Part shown: positions 41,907 to 52,213 of the stretch, one piece after another
Layout of the letters: each line of letters starts with the position of its first letter
Numbering within the stretch: position 1 is the stretch's first letter
From: Candidatus Latescibacterota bacterium
Lineage (GTDB): Bacteria; Latescibacterota; UBA2968; GCA-2709665
Direction of reading: 5' to 3'
DNA length: 64,000 bases
Assembly (NCBI GenBank): GCA_965219455.1
Contig: OZ244744.1
Location: 1,216,001 to 1,280,000, forward strand
The notes under the pieces: model-generated
What the model was told of the DNA's origin: nothing
Database searches by the model: none
The model's input: only the letters and a program-made list of their open reading frames with translations
Position numbers and translations under genes: made by a program

Positions 41907-42286
41907 GGCGCGGGCGCTGTGGTTCTTCCTGTCACCGCAGGGCTAACTTTGCGTCGGTCAACGATCGGGCGCTGTCCAGGACGCCCTGCAAAACCGTCTG
42001 GAAGTCGAGGCTTTCGTTGATGCGCAGGCACTTCCGTATCTCGCCTGGCCACGTTTCCAGGCTGTTTCGTGTCTTCTTCGGGACGACCTTTCAAGAGCGA
42101 GGCACCTCTTTCCGGATAGAAAAGGCAAAAGAGATGATGAAATCAAGGCGTGAACCCCTGTACGTCGTTGCGAAAGAGTGCGGTTTCAAGAATCAGGTCC
42201 GTTTTACAGAGGCCTTTCGCAGACTGGAGGAGATGCCTCCCAGAGAATATATGCAGACCCTGGACGCAAATATACGGAATGGGTGA
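41903..42286 (+). CDS. AraC-family HTH domain (stand-alone or truncated)
   Basis: SPGHVSRLFR..FGTTF...RIEKAKEM...VAKECGF.NQ..F..AFRRLE.MPPREY; no sensor domain; start uncertain. Confidence 0.6.
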   Translation: MRRGRCGSSCHRRANFASVNDRALSRTPCKTVWKSRLSLMRRHFRISPGHVSRLFRVFFGTTFQERGTSFRIEKAKEMMKSRREPLYVVAKECGFKNQVRFTEAFRRLEEMPPREYMQTLDANIRNG

Positions 42287-42516
42287 CTGATTGCTCGCAT
42301 CTGAGCGCCCAGGAAAAACAAAGAACCCCACAAATAGGCGTTCACTGCGGGTAGCTTTTTTTTTAACGCAAGCAAAAACCTGCCATTATTTGTCGTATTC
42401 GACGTTCCGAATCTTAAACTGAACACCATTGTAACGCAAATTCAGAGTTGTAACTGAGCCATGAAATAAAACCGGATCGCCCCGTATCCGGTTAGCTATC
42501 CTATTTGTATTTTTTT

Positions 42517-42544
42517 AGCCCTGCTCAAGTAAGCAGGGCTTTTG
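42517..42544. terminator. Hairpin with T-tract
   Basis: AGCCCTGCT-CAAGTA-AGCAGGGCT followed by TTTG. Confidence 0.45.
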
Positions 42545-42793
42545 TTATGGGACAAGCCTTGGTAGATCCTTTTGATTTTACCCAAGCTAAATTAGGCCTC
42601 AGGTTCTTACATCACATCCAATATGGCTTGAAGGTTCCTGTCTGCTGTCATCAGCAGTGTCCGGGGTGCACATGATGGGTGACGGCGGACCTGATCCCAA
42701 TCTTCCTCTTCGACGATCCTCATGCGATTCTCACTCACGTTGGATATCCCGCCCTCACCCGCATACTTCCTATTTACCAGACCGTTTAGGCTC

Positions 42794-43058
42794 GTGCTCT
42801 GTCCCAGAAATAGATTGCCAAGATTCGACTGCCGATTCGCCCGGCTCGCATCCTTCGACAGGCTCAGGTACCGGCGCCTGAGCGAATCGACCTGCGCAAG
42901 GTCGGCGAGCGACGGCACGTCGACAAGCTTGCTTCGACAGGCTCAGCACAGGCAGCGCAAGCAACGCAGCGAGACGGGATGAATCGGCCTGCCTGTGCGT
43001 GCTGTCTCACGCACGCAGACTGGCGGATGAATGGTGACATATTTCAGGGACGGGACAC
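42794..43058. mobile_element. Expanded copy of the 150-bp MITE with nested repeat units
   Basis: Same TIRs and core as 20987-21136, plus two CTTCGACAGGCTCAG units and an extra hairpin. Confidence 0.7.
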
Positions 43059-43338
43059 TTGGTCACGCCCGTGCAGCATTTGATGGAGACTGATCCATCC
43101 GGAAAAATAGCAGTTTGTTTGGCCGGATATCAACGATATATTCGTGATACATAGTTGCTTCTCGCCTCGAGTCTGCAACCACAATAACTTCCCGCTTGCC
43201 GGCCAATTGCGAACAGGCCGGAGAAACCGCTGATCGTCGACCGCGAGAACCATACAACGTCCCCGCACAGGGGCGCAAAAGACCCGCGTAGTTTTCGCGA
43301 ATCTGACCGATCGTGACAACAAACCGGAGCAAAACGCA

Positions 43339-44394
43339 ATGAATAGATCTTGTCTGTCTAACCTTGTCCTTTTGTCGGTCTTCCTGATCTCGGGTGGAAT
43401 TATGGGTTGTGGTGGCGGCAGGAAACTCTCCTTTCTGGTAACACGCCCGGCTGAAATCAACCTGAAGGATTTTGACAAGATCGCAATTGGCGAAATAAAG
43501 GGCTCGGGGAGCGGATTCGTCTCGAAACTCAGCGATCTCGGTAAATTTCTGCAGGGTGTAGAATCCAAAGACACATGGATCCAGCGATTCTCCGCTGAGA
43601 TGGCGCAGGCTCTCACTCATTCCCGGCGATTTGAACTGCTGGACTACGAGAGCCTGAAGATCGGACAGGACCGGAACAGCGTGATCGGGAACGTCGTCCT
43701 CATCTCGGGCGGTATTCTGGCGTACGACTACGACGAGGAGGAAATCAACGAGGACGTTGAGCATAAGAACAAAAAGACCGGAAAAAAATCCATCAAGCGG
43801 GAATACTACCGCAGAGGAACGGCACGCGTGGAAGTTCAACTGCGAATCGCGGATTTGCGCACGTCGAGGATCTTGGCCAGCAGGAAATTTTCCGAACGTG
43901 AGACTAGAAAGACATCCGGAAAGACTTCAGACCGCGCACGTATCGACAATGCCGATCGCAGGCGACTCTTCGCGGCTTGCCGAGCCGGAATTGTGCGGTC
44001 TTTCGTGCGGATGATCGTGCCGTATACCGAGCGCGTGTATGTCTCGTTTGAAACCGACAAGGAAATGCCTGAATTGGAACGCGGCTTCAGAATGGTCGAC
44101 GGGGGCAATTGGGATGCCGCGCTCAACATCTTTCAGGAAGCAACGGAGACCTATTCCAATTCCCCGGCAGTCCATAAGGCATATTACAATCTTGGACTGA
44201 GCTATATGTATACCGATCAGTTCGACCAGGCGCGAACCGCATTGCAGGAAGCCTATGCCAGGAAGTCCAGCGGGAAATACCGGAATGCCATATTGGAATT
44301 GAACGAACGCGTTCAAGAGAAACGCCGGCTCGACGAGCAGACGAGGACCGATCAAGGGACCGGGGAAAATGCGGAAACGGTGAAGAAGCAATAA
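43339..44394 (+). CDS. Lipoprotein with a CsgG-like alpha/beta domain and C-terminal TPR
   Basis: Lipobox-like IMG-C; VEVQLRIADLRTSRILAS; TPR motif AYYNLGLSYMYTDQFDQA. Confidence 0.7.
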   Translation: MNRSCLSNLVLLSVFLISGGIMGCGGGRKLSFLVTRPAEINLKDFDKIAIGEIKGSGSGFVSKLSDLGKFLQGVESKDTWIQRFSAEMAQALTHSRRFELLDYESLKIGQDRNSVIGNVVLISGGILAYDYDEEEINEDVEHKNKKTGKKSIKREYYRRGTARVEVQLRIADLRTSRILASRKFSERETRKTSGKTSDRARIDNADRRRLFAACRAGIVRSFVRMIVPYTERVYVSFETDKEMPELERGFRMVDGGNWDAALNIFQEATETYSNSPAVHKAYYNLGLSYMYTDQFDQARTALQEAYARKSSGKYRNAILELNERVQEKRRLDEQTRTDQGTGENAETVKKQ

Positions 44395-44603
44395 AGGCCA
44401 AAGTCTTGGAACAGAGACATCCTCCTATTGAAGTCCTATTGACGCCAGGATAACTTGACAGTACCACATATCTCCCCTCGTTACTTCCCCCTTGAGGGGG
44501 GATCGGCGAGGTCCACGGCCTCCGCGTCTGCGCCTCGTCTCGCCGTCGTGAGTGGGAAGGAAGCTTATCTTTGATAGTTCACTACTGAGGGAGGATCGAG
44601 TAG

Positions 44604-45971
44604 ATGCCCGTCACCAGAAGACAGTTCCTGAAGTCATCGGCCGCCGTCACGTTGGGATTCCAAGGGCTGCAGCTCCACGTGGTCTGGGGGCTGGCCCCCG
44701 AGGAGGGGATCGCCGCGGGCTACGGCCCCATGCGACCGGACCCGGGCGGGATCGTCGACCTGCCCGCGGGCTTCACCTACCGGGTGATCTCCCGCACCGG
44801 CGTCGAGATGGACGATGGCCTGCGAGTGCCGGGGCTGCCCGACGCCATGGCCGCCTTTCCCGGGGCGGAGGGACGGACCCTGCTGGTCTGCAACCACGAA
44901 CTCACTGCGGGGGCCCGCAAGGTCGGCGCCTACGGCGATGAGAACGAGCGTCTCGGCAAGCTGCCGCGCGAGCGGTTCTACGACTGGGGCCGCGGCGATC
45001 CGCCGCAGGGAGGGACGACGACCTTCGTGCTCGGCCCCGCCGGTGAGCTGGAGAAACATTACCTCAGCCTCGCCGGCACCGTGCGCAACTGCGCCGGCGG
45101 CCTCACCCCCTGGGGAAGCTGGATCACCTGCGAGGAGACGACCCAGCGCGCCGACGACAACCACGAACAGGACCACGGGTACAACTTCGAGGTCCCGGCG
45201 GGCCCGGCCACGGGGCCGGTGGAGCCGGTGGCCCTGAAGGCGATGGGCCGCTTCAACCACGAGGCCGTGGCCGTCCATCCGGCGACGGGCATCGTCTATC
45301 AGACCGAGGACGCCGGCGACGGTCTCATCTACCGCTACCTGCCCGACGAGCCCGGACGTCTCGCGGCCGGTGGCCGGCTGCAGGCGCTCATGGCCCTCGA
45401 CCGGCCGAGCCTGGACACGTCCAACCACAAGTCGCAGACCGTCGCTCCCGGGGACCGCCTGGCCGCGGCCTGGGTCGACATCGAGGACGTGGAGTCCCCG
45501 GACAATGACCTGCGCAACCAGGGATTCGACAAGGGCGCCGCCCGCTTCGCCCGCGGCGAGGGCATGTGGTACGGCCGGGAGGCCGTCTACTTCGCATGCA
45601 CCAGCGGCGGCAAGGAGAAGAAGGGGCAGGTGTGGCGCTACGAGCCAAGCCCCAGCGAGGGGACGCCCGACGAGACGGCCTCGCCCGGGACCCTGGAACT
45701 GTTCATCGAGCCCAACGACGGCAACCTGGTGGAGAACTGCGACAACCTGACGGTGGCGCCCTGGGGCGACCTCGTGCTCTGCGAGGACGGCGGCGGGGAC
45801 AACCACCTGGTGGGGGTCACTCCGGAGGGGCGGATCTACAAGCTCGGCCGCAACGCCTTCAACGAGTCCGAGTTCGCCGGCGCCACGTTCTCGCCCGACG
45901 GCCGCACGCTCTACGCCAACATCCAGTCTCCCGGGATCACCCTGGCCATCACCGGGCCCTGGACGGGCTGA
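44604..45971 (+). CDS. phoX: Tat-exported PhoX-family (DUF839) alkaline phosphatase
   Basis: TRRQFLK Tat motif; NHE, NCAGG.TPWGSWITCEE, MGRFNHEA, ENCDN and EFAGATFSPDG. Confidence 0.88.
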   Translation: MPVTRRQFLKSSAAVTLGFQGLQLHVVWGLAPEEGIAAGYGPMRPDPGGIVDLPAGFTYRVISRTGVEMDDGLRVPGLPDAMAAFPGAEGRTLLVCNHELTAGARKVGAYGDENERLGKLPRERFYDWGRGDPPQGGTTTFVLGPAGELEKHYLSLAGTVRNCAGGLTPWGSWITCEETTQRADDNHEQDHGYNFEVPAGPATGPVEPVALKAMGRFNHEAVAVHPATGIVYQTEDAGDGLIYRYLPDEPGRLAAGGRLQALMALDRPSLDTSNHKSQTVAPGDRLAAAWVDIEDVESPDNDLRNQGFDKGAARFARGEGMWYGREAVYFACTSGGKEKKGQVWRYEPSPSEGTPDETASPGTLELFIEPNDGNLVENCDNLTVAPWGDLVLCEDGGGDNHLVGVTPEGRIYKLGRNAFNESEFAGATFSPDGRTLYANIQSPGITLAITGPWTG

Positions 45972-45996
45972 GCCGAGGCCTCAGTCAAGTCCCTGG

Positions 45997-46109
45997 CGCC
46001 GTAGGTGAGGCGGTCCGCCCGGACCGTGTCATTCTGTTCGGATCACGCGCCCCGGGGCGACTACAGCCCGGATTCTCCAAACGCTTCTAACCGATCATCC
46101 ATCAAATAA
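45997..46109 (+). pseudogene. Truncated minimal nucleotidyltransferase (MNT) fragment, copy 1 (frameshifted)
   Basis: AVGEAVRPDRVILFGSRA, then +1 nt relative to copies 2 and 3. Confidence 0.6.
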
Positions 46110-46141
46110 AAGGGTCGAAGCCACGCGCCTCGACCCTTTTT
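46108..46141 (+). terminator. Conserved unit-boundary hairpin (copies at 49944, 52212, 55602, 58999, 61833)
   Basis: AAGGGTCGAAGCC...CTCGACCCTT followed by a T-rich tail, before gene 1 and after every gene of the array. Confidence 0.7.
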
Positions 46142-46641
46142 GTTTGTCTAAGCACCGTTTTCAGCATTGCGCCAACACCCTGAGGAACTTTGCCTGAAGG
46201 CGGGGCGGACATTCCTGTCTGCCCGCCTCAACGTCGTTCTGCCGGCATGGGCACTCAAGAGAGGATCTCGCCGCCGAAACCCAGCAGACAGTATCCGATG
46301 TCCCACGCATCCGTGCACATAGGACAGTTAGGGCAGGTTTGAAACCTGCCCCTACGGTTCGCACGTCGAAACGCGACGGTGGGGGGTCCCCACCATCGAA
46401 TCTATCCTCCCATTCGACATATCGTAATTGTTGGAATCCAGGACAAATTACGGACGATTCGACAAACAAACTGCGTTGAACGCCGGTTTCACATTGCGTA
46501 CCATTACTGGACACAATATACCCGATAACGAAGTCGACATCCGTAACTGAGGCGGTTGCAGTAATGTAACTCGGCATACGGGTTCCGTCAGACTGAATGG
46601 GTCTGAGTAGAAATCCGGTAGTCACGAACACGATGGATCGA

Positions 46642-49638
46642 ATGATGACTTCCTCGAAAGACAGAATGTGTATTGCCGCCCTCATGCTGCTGGCATTCGT
46701 ATGTCACGCCGCGACAGGTTCCAATGCAAACGACGGCGACGCGACGGCACTTGCGATCAGCGTCAACGCCGCCGACGATTCCGCGTCCATTCCGGACTTT
46801 GACGGCGACGGGACGATCGGATTTGGCGATTTTTTGATCTTCGCTGGCGTGTTCGGTGCGCGCCAGGGTGATGAGAAGTACGAAGGGAAGTATGATCTGA
46901 ACGGCGACGGCGAGATTGGGTTTTCGGACTTTTTGATCTTTGCGGAGAACTTCGGCAAGGAGGCGCCTTCACCGGTCGTCGCCAACCCCGACGCCAACCT
47001 GAGGGCGGCGATCGAGGCTGCCTTGAACAAGGAAAGCGGAGCACCGATCATACAGGCTGAAATGGCGACCTTGGATAGTCTTGCAGCCAGCGATGCGGAA
47101 ATCACCGACCTGACCGGGCTGGAGTCTGCCGTCAACCTGACATACCTGAGCCTTAATGACAACGACATTACAGACATCCCGGCACTATCGGAATTGACGA
47201 TACTGGAGCGTTTGTGGCTTTCGAACAACCGAATTGAAGATATCTCGGCGCTGGCCAAATTGACCAACCTGACAGAGCTGTGGCTCTGGAATAACCAAAT
47301 CGAGGACATATCGACACTTGCGAACCTGACCGGGCTGACACAGCTGAGTCTTGGTCGCAACATGATTACTGACATCTCGGCGCTTTCAGGCTTGATAAAT
47401 CTGAATACGTTAATCCTTCGGAGTAACCGAATATCTGATCTGGCCCCCCTGGCGGCGAACAAGGGACTGGCCAGGGGTGTTACCGTCGATGTCACAGACA
47501 ACCCACTGAATGCTACATCCGAAAGCACGCACATTCCTGCGCTCCAGGCCCGGGGCGTGAGTGTTTCCTTTACCCCCTCCCCAACTGTCTCGATCCCCGA
47601 CGCCAATCTGCGGGCGGCGATCGAGGCTGCCCTGAACAAGGCCAGCGGCGCGCCGATCACACAGGCTGAAATGGCTACATTGGATAGTCTAGTGTCGACC
47701 GCTTATGGGAGGGAGGGTATACGGTCTCTGTCCGGGATAGAGTCTGCCACCAACGTGTGGAAATTGAACTTAAGAAACAACTCCATCACGGACATCTCGG
47801 CTCTGGCTGGCTTGAACAACCTGACTTATCTGAGGCTTGGTGGTAACGAACTCACGGACATCTCGCCACTGGCAGGCCTGACCAACCTAACATGGCTGGA
47901 TCTTGAGAGAAACGACATCACGGACGTGGCGCCGCTCTCGGGCTTGAGCAAGCTTACTCGTCTGGATCTTTGGTCCAACCGGATCAGGGACATCTCGCCG
48001 CTGGCAGGCCTGACCAACCTTACAGAGCTGGGGGTTGGGGCTAACCACCTCGCGGACGTGTCGGCGTTGGCAGGCTTGACCAACCTGAGAACGCTGTGGC
48101 TTGCCGCAAACAACATTACGGACATCTCGCCGCTGGCAGGCTTGACCAACCTGAGAACGCTGTGGCTTAGGGATAACGAACTCACGGACATCTCGCCACT
48201 GGCAGGCCTGACCAAGCTGAGAAGGCTGTCGCTTAGCGAAAACAACATCACGGACATCTCGCCGCTGGCGGGTTTGACCGGGATACAGCAGCTCAACCTT
48301 GGGTTCAACCCCATCGTGGACATTTCGGCGCTATCGGGCTTGACCCGCATGGGCGAGCTAAACCTTGAGGCCACCGACATCACGGATATTTCGGCGCTGG
48401 CAGCCCTGACCGGGATGTATGGGCAGCTCGACCTTGGGTTCAACTTCATCTCGGACATTTCGGCGCTATCGGGCTTGACCAACCTACGGGAATTGGACCT
48501 TCGGGGAAACCCCCTGGGCGACTCCTCCATCGACGTTCACATTCCCTTTCACGAACGCAACGGGGCTACGGTTACCTTCAACTCGCTGCGCGAGGGCGAC
48601 TTCGACATCGAACTCGTCTTCCTCGACTCGTTCACTGAGCGCCACAAGAGGGTGTTCCAATTCGCGGCCCGGCGGTGGATGTCGGCAATTACGGAGGACC
48701 TGCCGGACTATGAATTTACGCAAGGCTGGTCTGGGCGGTGCGGCAGTCAGTCGTATGAGATCTCCGCTGGCGAGCGCATCGACGACCTCCGGATCTATGT
48801 GATCAGCTTCGATCAAGAAACCTTTAAGGATGAAGGATATCCCTCTGCCGCGTGGGGTGGTCCAGATCTGCAGCGAGACGAGACCCACCTGCCCGTCGTA
48901 GGATGTATGGGGTTTGGTTTTTTTTCCGTTGGGGGGGTGTTAGTGGACGTAGGTCTCCACGAGGTGGGGCACGTCTTGGGTTTTACCAGTTCGGTATGGA
49001 GCAAATTCGGCCTCTACCAGAACCCGCCGGGTGGCGACGAGCACTTCAACGGTCCGTTGGCGATCGCCGCCTTTGACGACGCGGGCGGACGGGGTTACAC
49101 CGATGCGAAGGTACCGGTGGAATTCGGGTTCCACTGGAGGGGGTCCGTGCTCGAAGCCGAACTCATGGGGCGGATGCAGCTATGGCGGCCGTCCGGTGCG
49201 GCGCTGAGCGCGATCACGGTGCAGTCCTTCGCGGATCTCGGCTATGGCGTGGATGTCTCTCAGGCCGATGCCTACACCCTGCCCCGGACCACTTCAGGCG
49301 CAAAGGTCGCCGTGTCCACCCCCGCCGTTCCGGGCTTTGACGCAAACGTCTTCCGGCCGGACGTCTATACCTTGCCCGTCACCGACCCTCACTGGCAGGG
49401 CGGGACCTCGGGTCGCGCGCCCTTGCCTCGCGGAAACGGCCGGACGGGTCCTATGGACAGCGCGGAACGCGTATGGGGCCGCGGCATCACGTTCGATCTT
49501 CCAGATCGCCGGCAGATATGGCGCACGGGTTCGCCTAGCTTCGCCGAGCCAAAGCTCACCTGCGGTGGCGGGCTGATGAATGAACCGATCTACGTGGTTG
49601 ATCCGCAAGGGCGTATCGTTCGAACCATAAACCGATGA
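46642..49638 (+). CDS. Array gene 1: secreted dockerin-like EF-hand, two internalin-type LRR blocks, leishmanolysin (M8)-like Zn peptidase
   Basis: Signal peptide; DFDGDGTIGFGDF; about 5+12 LRRs of 22 aa; LHEVGHVLGF...HWR...ELM; C-terminus NEPIYVVDPQGRIVRTINR. Confidence 0.88.
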   Translation: MMTSSKDRMCIAALMLLAFVCHAATGSNANDGDATALAISVNAADDSASIPDFDGDGTIGFGDFLIFAGVFGARQGDEKYEGKYDLNGDGEIGFSDFLIFAENFGKEAPSPVVANPDANLRAAIEAALNKESGAPIIQAEMATLDSLAASDAEITDLTGLESAVNLTYLSLNDNDITDIPALSELTILERLWLSNNRIEDISALAKLTNLTELWLWNNQIEDISTLANLTGLTQLSLGRNMITDISALSGLINLNTLILRSNRISDLAPLAANKGLARGVTVDVTDNPLNATSESTHIPALQARGVSVSFTPSPTVSIPDANLRAAIEAALNKASGAPITQAEMATLDSLVSTAYGREGIRSLSGIESATNVWKLNLRNNSITDISALAGLNNLTYLRLGGNELTDISPLAGLTNLTWLDLERNDITDVAPLSGLSKLTRLDLWSNRIRDISPLAGLTNLTELGVGANHLADVSALAGLTNLRTLWLAANNITDISPLAGLTNLRTLWLRDNELTDISPLAGLTKLRRLSLSENNITDISPLAGLTGIQQLNLGFNPIVDISALSGLTRMGELNLEATDITDISALAALTGMYGQLDLGFNFISDISALSGLTNLRELDLRGNPLGDSSIDVHIPFHERNGATVTFNSLREGDFDIELVFLDSFTERHKRVFQFAARRWMSAITEDLPDYEFTQGWSGRCGSQSYEISAGERIDDLRIYVISFDQETFKDEGYPSAAWGGPDLQRDETHLPVVGCMGFGFFSVGGVLVDVGLHEVGHVLGFTSSVWSKFGLYQNPPGGDEHFNGPLAIAAFDDAGGRGYTDAKVPVEFGFHWRGSVLEAELMGRMQLWRPSGAALSAITVQSFADLGYGVDVSQADAYTLPRTTSGAKVAVSTPAVPGFDANVFRPDVYTLPVTDPHWQGGTSGRAPLPRGNGRTGPMDSAERVWGRGITFDLPDRRQIWRTGSPSFAEPKLTCGGGLMNEPIYVVDPQGRIVRTINR

Positions 49639-50007
49639 TACGTGACGTTCTTCCGTCGGTCCCACCTGTTTCCCCAAATTCACGTAGTTGGTCGTAATTT
49701 GACCATTCTCCTCTCGATGGTCCAACAGGGAGGACGGAAAACGGCCGTGCGACGTGGAAAGTCTACGTTTACCATGCCAAAGTTCCCAACACTCAAGGCA
49801 CCCGACCCGAAAGCCTGCGCCGTGGCTCGCGTGGTTGCCGAGGCGGTCCGCCCGGACCGGGTCATTCTGTTCGGCTCGCGCGCCCGCGGCGACTACAGCC
49901 CGGATTCGGCAAACGCTTCTAACCGATCATCCATCGAATAATTGGGTCGAAGCCACGCGCCTCGACCCTTTTTGTTTGTCTAAGCACCGTTTTCAGCATT
50001 GCGCCAA
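49575..50007 (+). repeat. Tail T (gene end, 3' region, MNT fragment), near-identical to 58635-59066
   Basis: Direct sequence comparison. Confidence 0.85.
49774..49941 (+). pseudogene. Truncated MNT nucleotidyltransferase, copy 2
   Basis: MPKFPTLKAPDPKACAVARVVAEAVRPDRVILFGSRARGDYSPDS; diverges before the expected DxD. Confidence 0.65.
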
Positions 50008-50584
50008 AGCGGCTTCACTACGTTCAGCCACTGCCGAAGCTGTATGACTCCAGGATGCGCCTCGAAATCATCCGTGAAATAGTCCCTCACATGTACGCCA
50101 ACGCCCTGAGGAAACTTGCCTGAAGGTGAGGCGGACATTCCTGTCTGCCCGCCTCAACGTCGTTCTGCCGGCATGGACACTCAAGAGAAGATCTCGACGC
50201 CGAAACCCAACGGACAGTATCCGATGTCGCACGGCTTCCGTGGACATCGGACAGTTAGGGCAAGTTTGAAACCTGCCCCTACAGTTCGGACGTCGCAACG
50301 CACCTACGGGGATTTCCCTCCATCGAATCTATCCCCCTATTCCACATATCGAAATTAGTGGAATCCAGGACAAATCCTGGAAGCTTCGCTAAATATCCGG
50401 TCTTGAACGTTGGTCTCGTTTTGCGTACCATTGCGTGATCCCAATAATCCCGTTGCGGGAATGACATCCGTGACCTGTGAGTCGACCCATGGTGAGACAT
50501 CTTCCCGGCGGCGTTTGGTGCATCGGCCCATGGGCTTCTAATGGATAGTCAGAAGATTTGGATATCACGAAAAGGCGGGCACGA

Positions 50585-52060
50585 ATGATGACTTCCTCGA
50601 AAGGCAGAATGTGTTTTGCCGCCCTGGCGCTGCTGGCATCTGTATGTCACGCCGCTGTGGGTTCCGATGCAAGCGATGGCGATGTGTCAGCATTTGCGAT
50701 CAGCGTCGATGCCAACGGCGACGATACCGCGTCCATTCCGGACTTTGACGGCGACGGGACGATCGGCTTTGGCGATTTCTTGATCTTTGCGGGCGTGTTC
50801 GGTGCGAGCCAGGGTGACGAGAAGTACGACGCCACGTTTGATTTGAACGGGGATGGCGAGATCGGGTTCGCGGACTTTCTGATCTTTGCCCAGAACTTTG
50901 GGAAGGAAGTGCTGTCTCTCGACTTTACCAGGCAGCAGATTTACAATGATAATGTATTCGTCCTACCCGTATCAGAAAACCTGACAACCCTTTGGACGCG
51001 GTCCGGGAATTATCCGCCGTTGAAGGAATACTCGGCGCGTTTCTATGAGCATTTTAACGACGAGTTCGATTTTCTGGTTTTCTTCGCCAATCTACGACGT
51101 CGGGAAATCGAAACGTATCCTGAATCTTTCGATGGGGGCTTTTATTCCGCTGCGAAGAACGATGTTCAAGGTATCGGACAAGGAACTTTCTCCAACAATA
51201 GCAGTTGGAGGTCGGCAGGGAAACTCCAAGGTGTGATTTTCTTTTCTGTCTATGAGCTCTGGGATCTTGGGTATTCAGACTTTCGCAGCGGTACCCTCCA
51301 TCACGAGTTGATGCATCGATGGGCGGCTTACCTCGGTAAGCCGCTATCGGACGGACATTGGAACGATGCCTCGAATATTAGAGGATCTCTTGGTGGTGTG
51401 TTTACCTCTGACTTTGAAGAGATAGTTGACCTTGGTGGAGGCCGTTACACTGGCGCCAAAGACCCGGTCGACCCCATGGAACGACCTTACCCTCCTCTCG
51501 AACTGTACCTGGCAGGTTTCATACCGCCTGAGGAGGTCCCTGATATTTGGGTTGGAGTCGATAGGGAGTGGCTATTTGACGAATCCGGCAATCTTCTCAG
51601 GGACGAGAACGGGGACCGCATTTTTTCCGCGCGTGAGATAAAGAGATTCACTATAGAAGACATCATTGCCAAACATGGACCGCGCGTTCCAGACCAATTG
51701 CAATCTCAGAAGGACTTTCGCGCGGCGGTAATATTACTGGTTAGCGAGGACTACCCCGCGACCCGAAAGATACTGGAAAGTGTAAGCGACGATGCATCAT
51801 GGTTCTGCCACATAGGTGAGGACGAATTGGAGAAAAATGGCTGGCTGCAATGGAATTTCTACGAGGCAACCGGCGGCCGGGGCACGATAACGATGGACGG
51901 CCTGTCGCGGTTTAGACGCAGTGCTGGCGCAAATAAACCGGCGGTGAATTCGTTCGGAACGCCTCCACCACCCATTGTGGATCACTTGGAAACGGGGATC
52001 GTTCACGAAGATGCTGAAAGAACACTGAGAACTACTCCAGTAGAAGTAGAAGAACCGTGA
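50585..52060 (+). CDS. Array gene 2: secreted dockerin-like EF-hand with a different HExxH metallopeptidase-like domain, no LRR
   Basis: Same signal peptide and EF-hand as genes 1 and 5; TLHHELMHRW, GHW and YPPLELYLAG. Confidence 0.8.
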   Translation: MMTSSKGRMCFAALALLASVCHAAVGSDASDGDVSAFAISVDANGDDTASIPDFDGDGTIGFGDFLIFAGVFGASQGDEKYDATFDLNGDGEIGFADFLIFAQNFGKEVLSLDFTRQQIYNDNVFVLPVSENLTTLWTRSGNYPPLKEYSARFYEHFNDEFDFLVFFANLRRREIETYPESFDGGFYSAAKNDVQGIGQGTFSNNSSWRSAGKLQGVIFFSVYELWDLGYSDFRSGTLHHELMHRWAAYLGKPLSDGHWNDASNIRGSLGGVFTSDFEEIVDLGGGRYTGAKDPVDPMERPYPPLELYLAGFIPPEEVPDIWVGVDREWLFDESGNLLRDENGDRIFSAREIKRFTIEDIIAKHGPRVPDQLQSQKDFRAAVILLVSEDYPATRKILESVSDDASWFCHIGEDELEKNGWLQWNFYEATGGRGTITMDGLSRFRRSAGANKPAVNSFGTPPPPIVDHLETGIVHEDAERTLRTTPVEVEEP

Positions 52061-52213
52061 TGGGTCCTGTGATCGGTGGGTGAGCGAATCGTCAGTCCGA
52101 AAGGCCACTGATGTCTCAGGATTCCCGGCCAGACAACGGGGCGAGCGAACCGAGACGCGAAAACATGTAGCCCCATATCGCGCAACGCATCGGAACGATC
52201 GCATTACGAAGAG

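Larger units (their letters stand above)
45997..46660 (+). repeat. Leader A, near-identical to 58889-59551; partial diverged copy at about 49830-50375
   Basis: Direct comparison. Contains the boundary hairpin and REP-like GGGCAGGTTTGAAACCTGCCCCTAC. Confidence 0.85.

Noticed and set aside
46161-46685. ORFs within the repeated leaders (also 52334-52949, 55723-56335, 59052-59468)
   Set aside because: No recognisable motifs, and they cross REP-like palindromes; their recurrence reflects DNA duplication.
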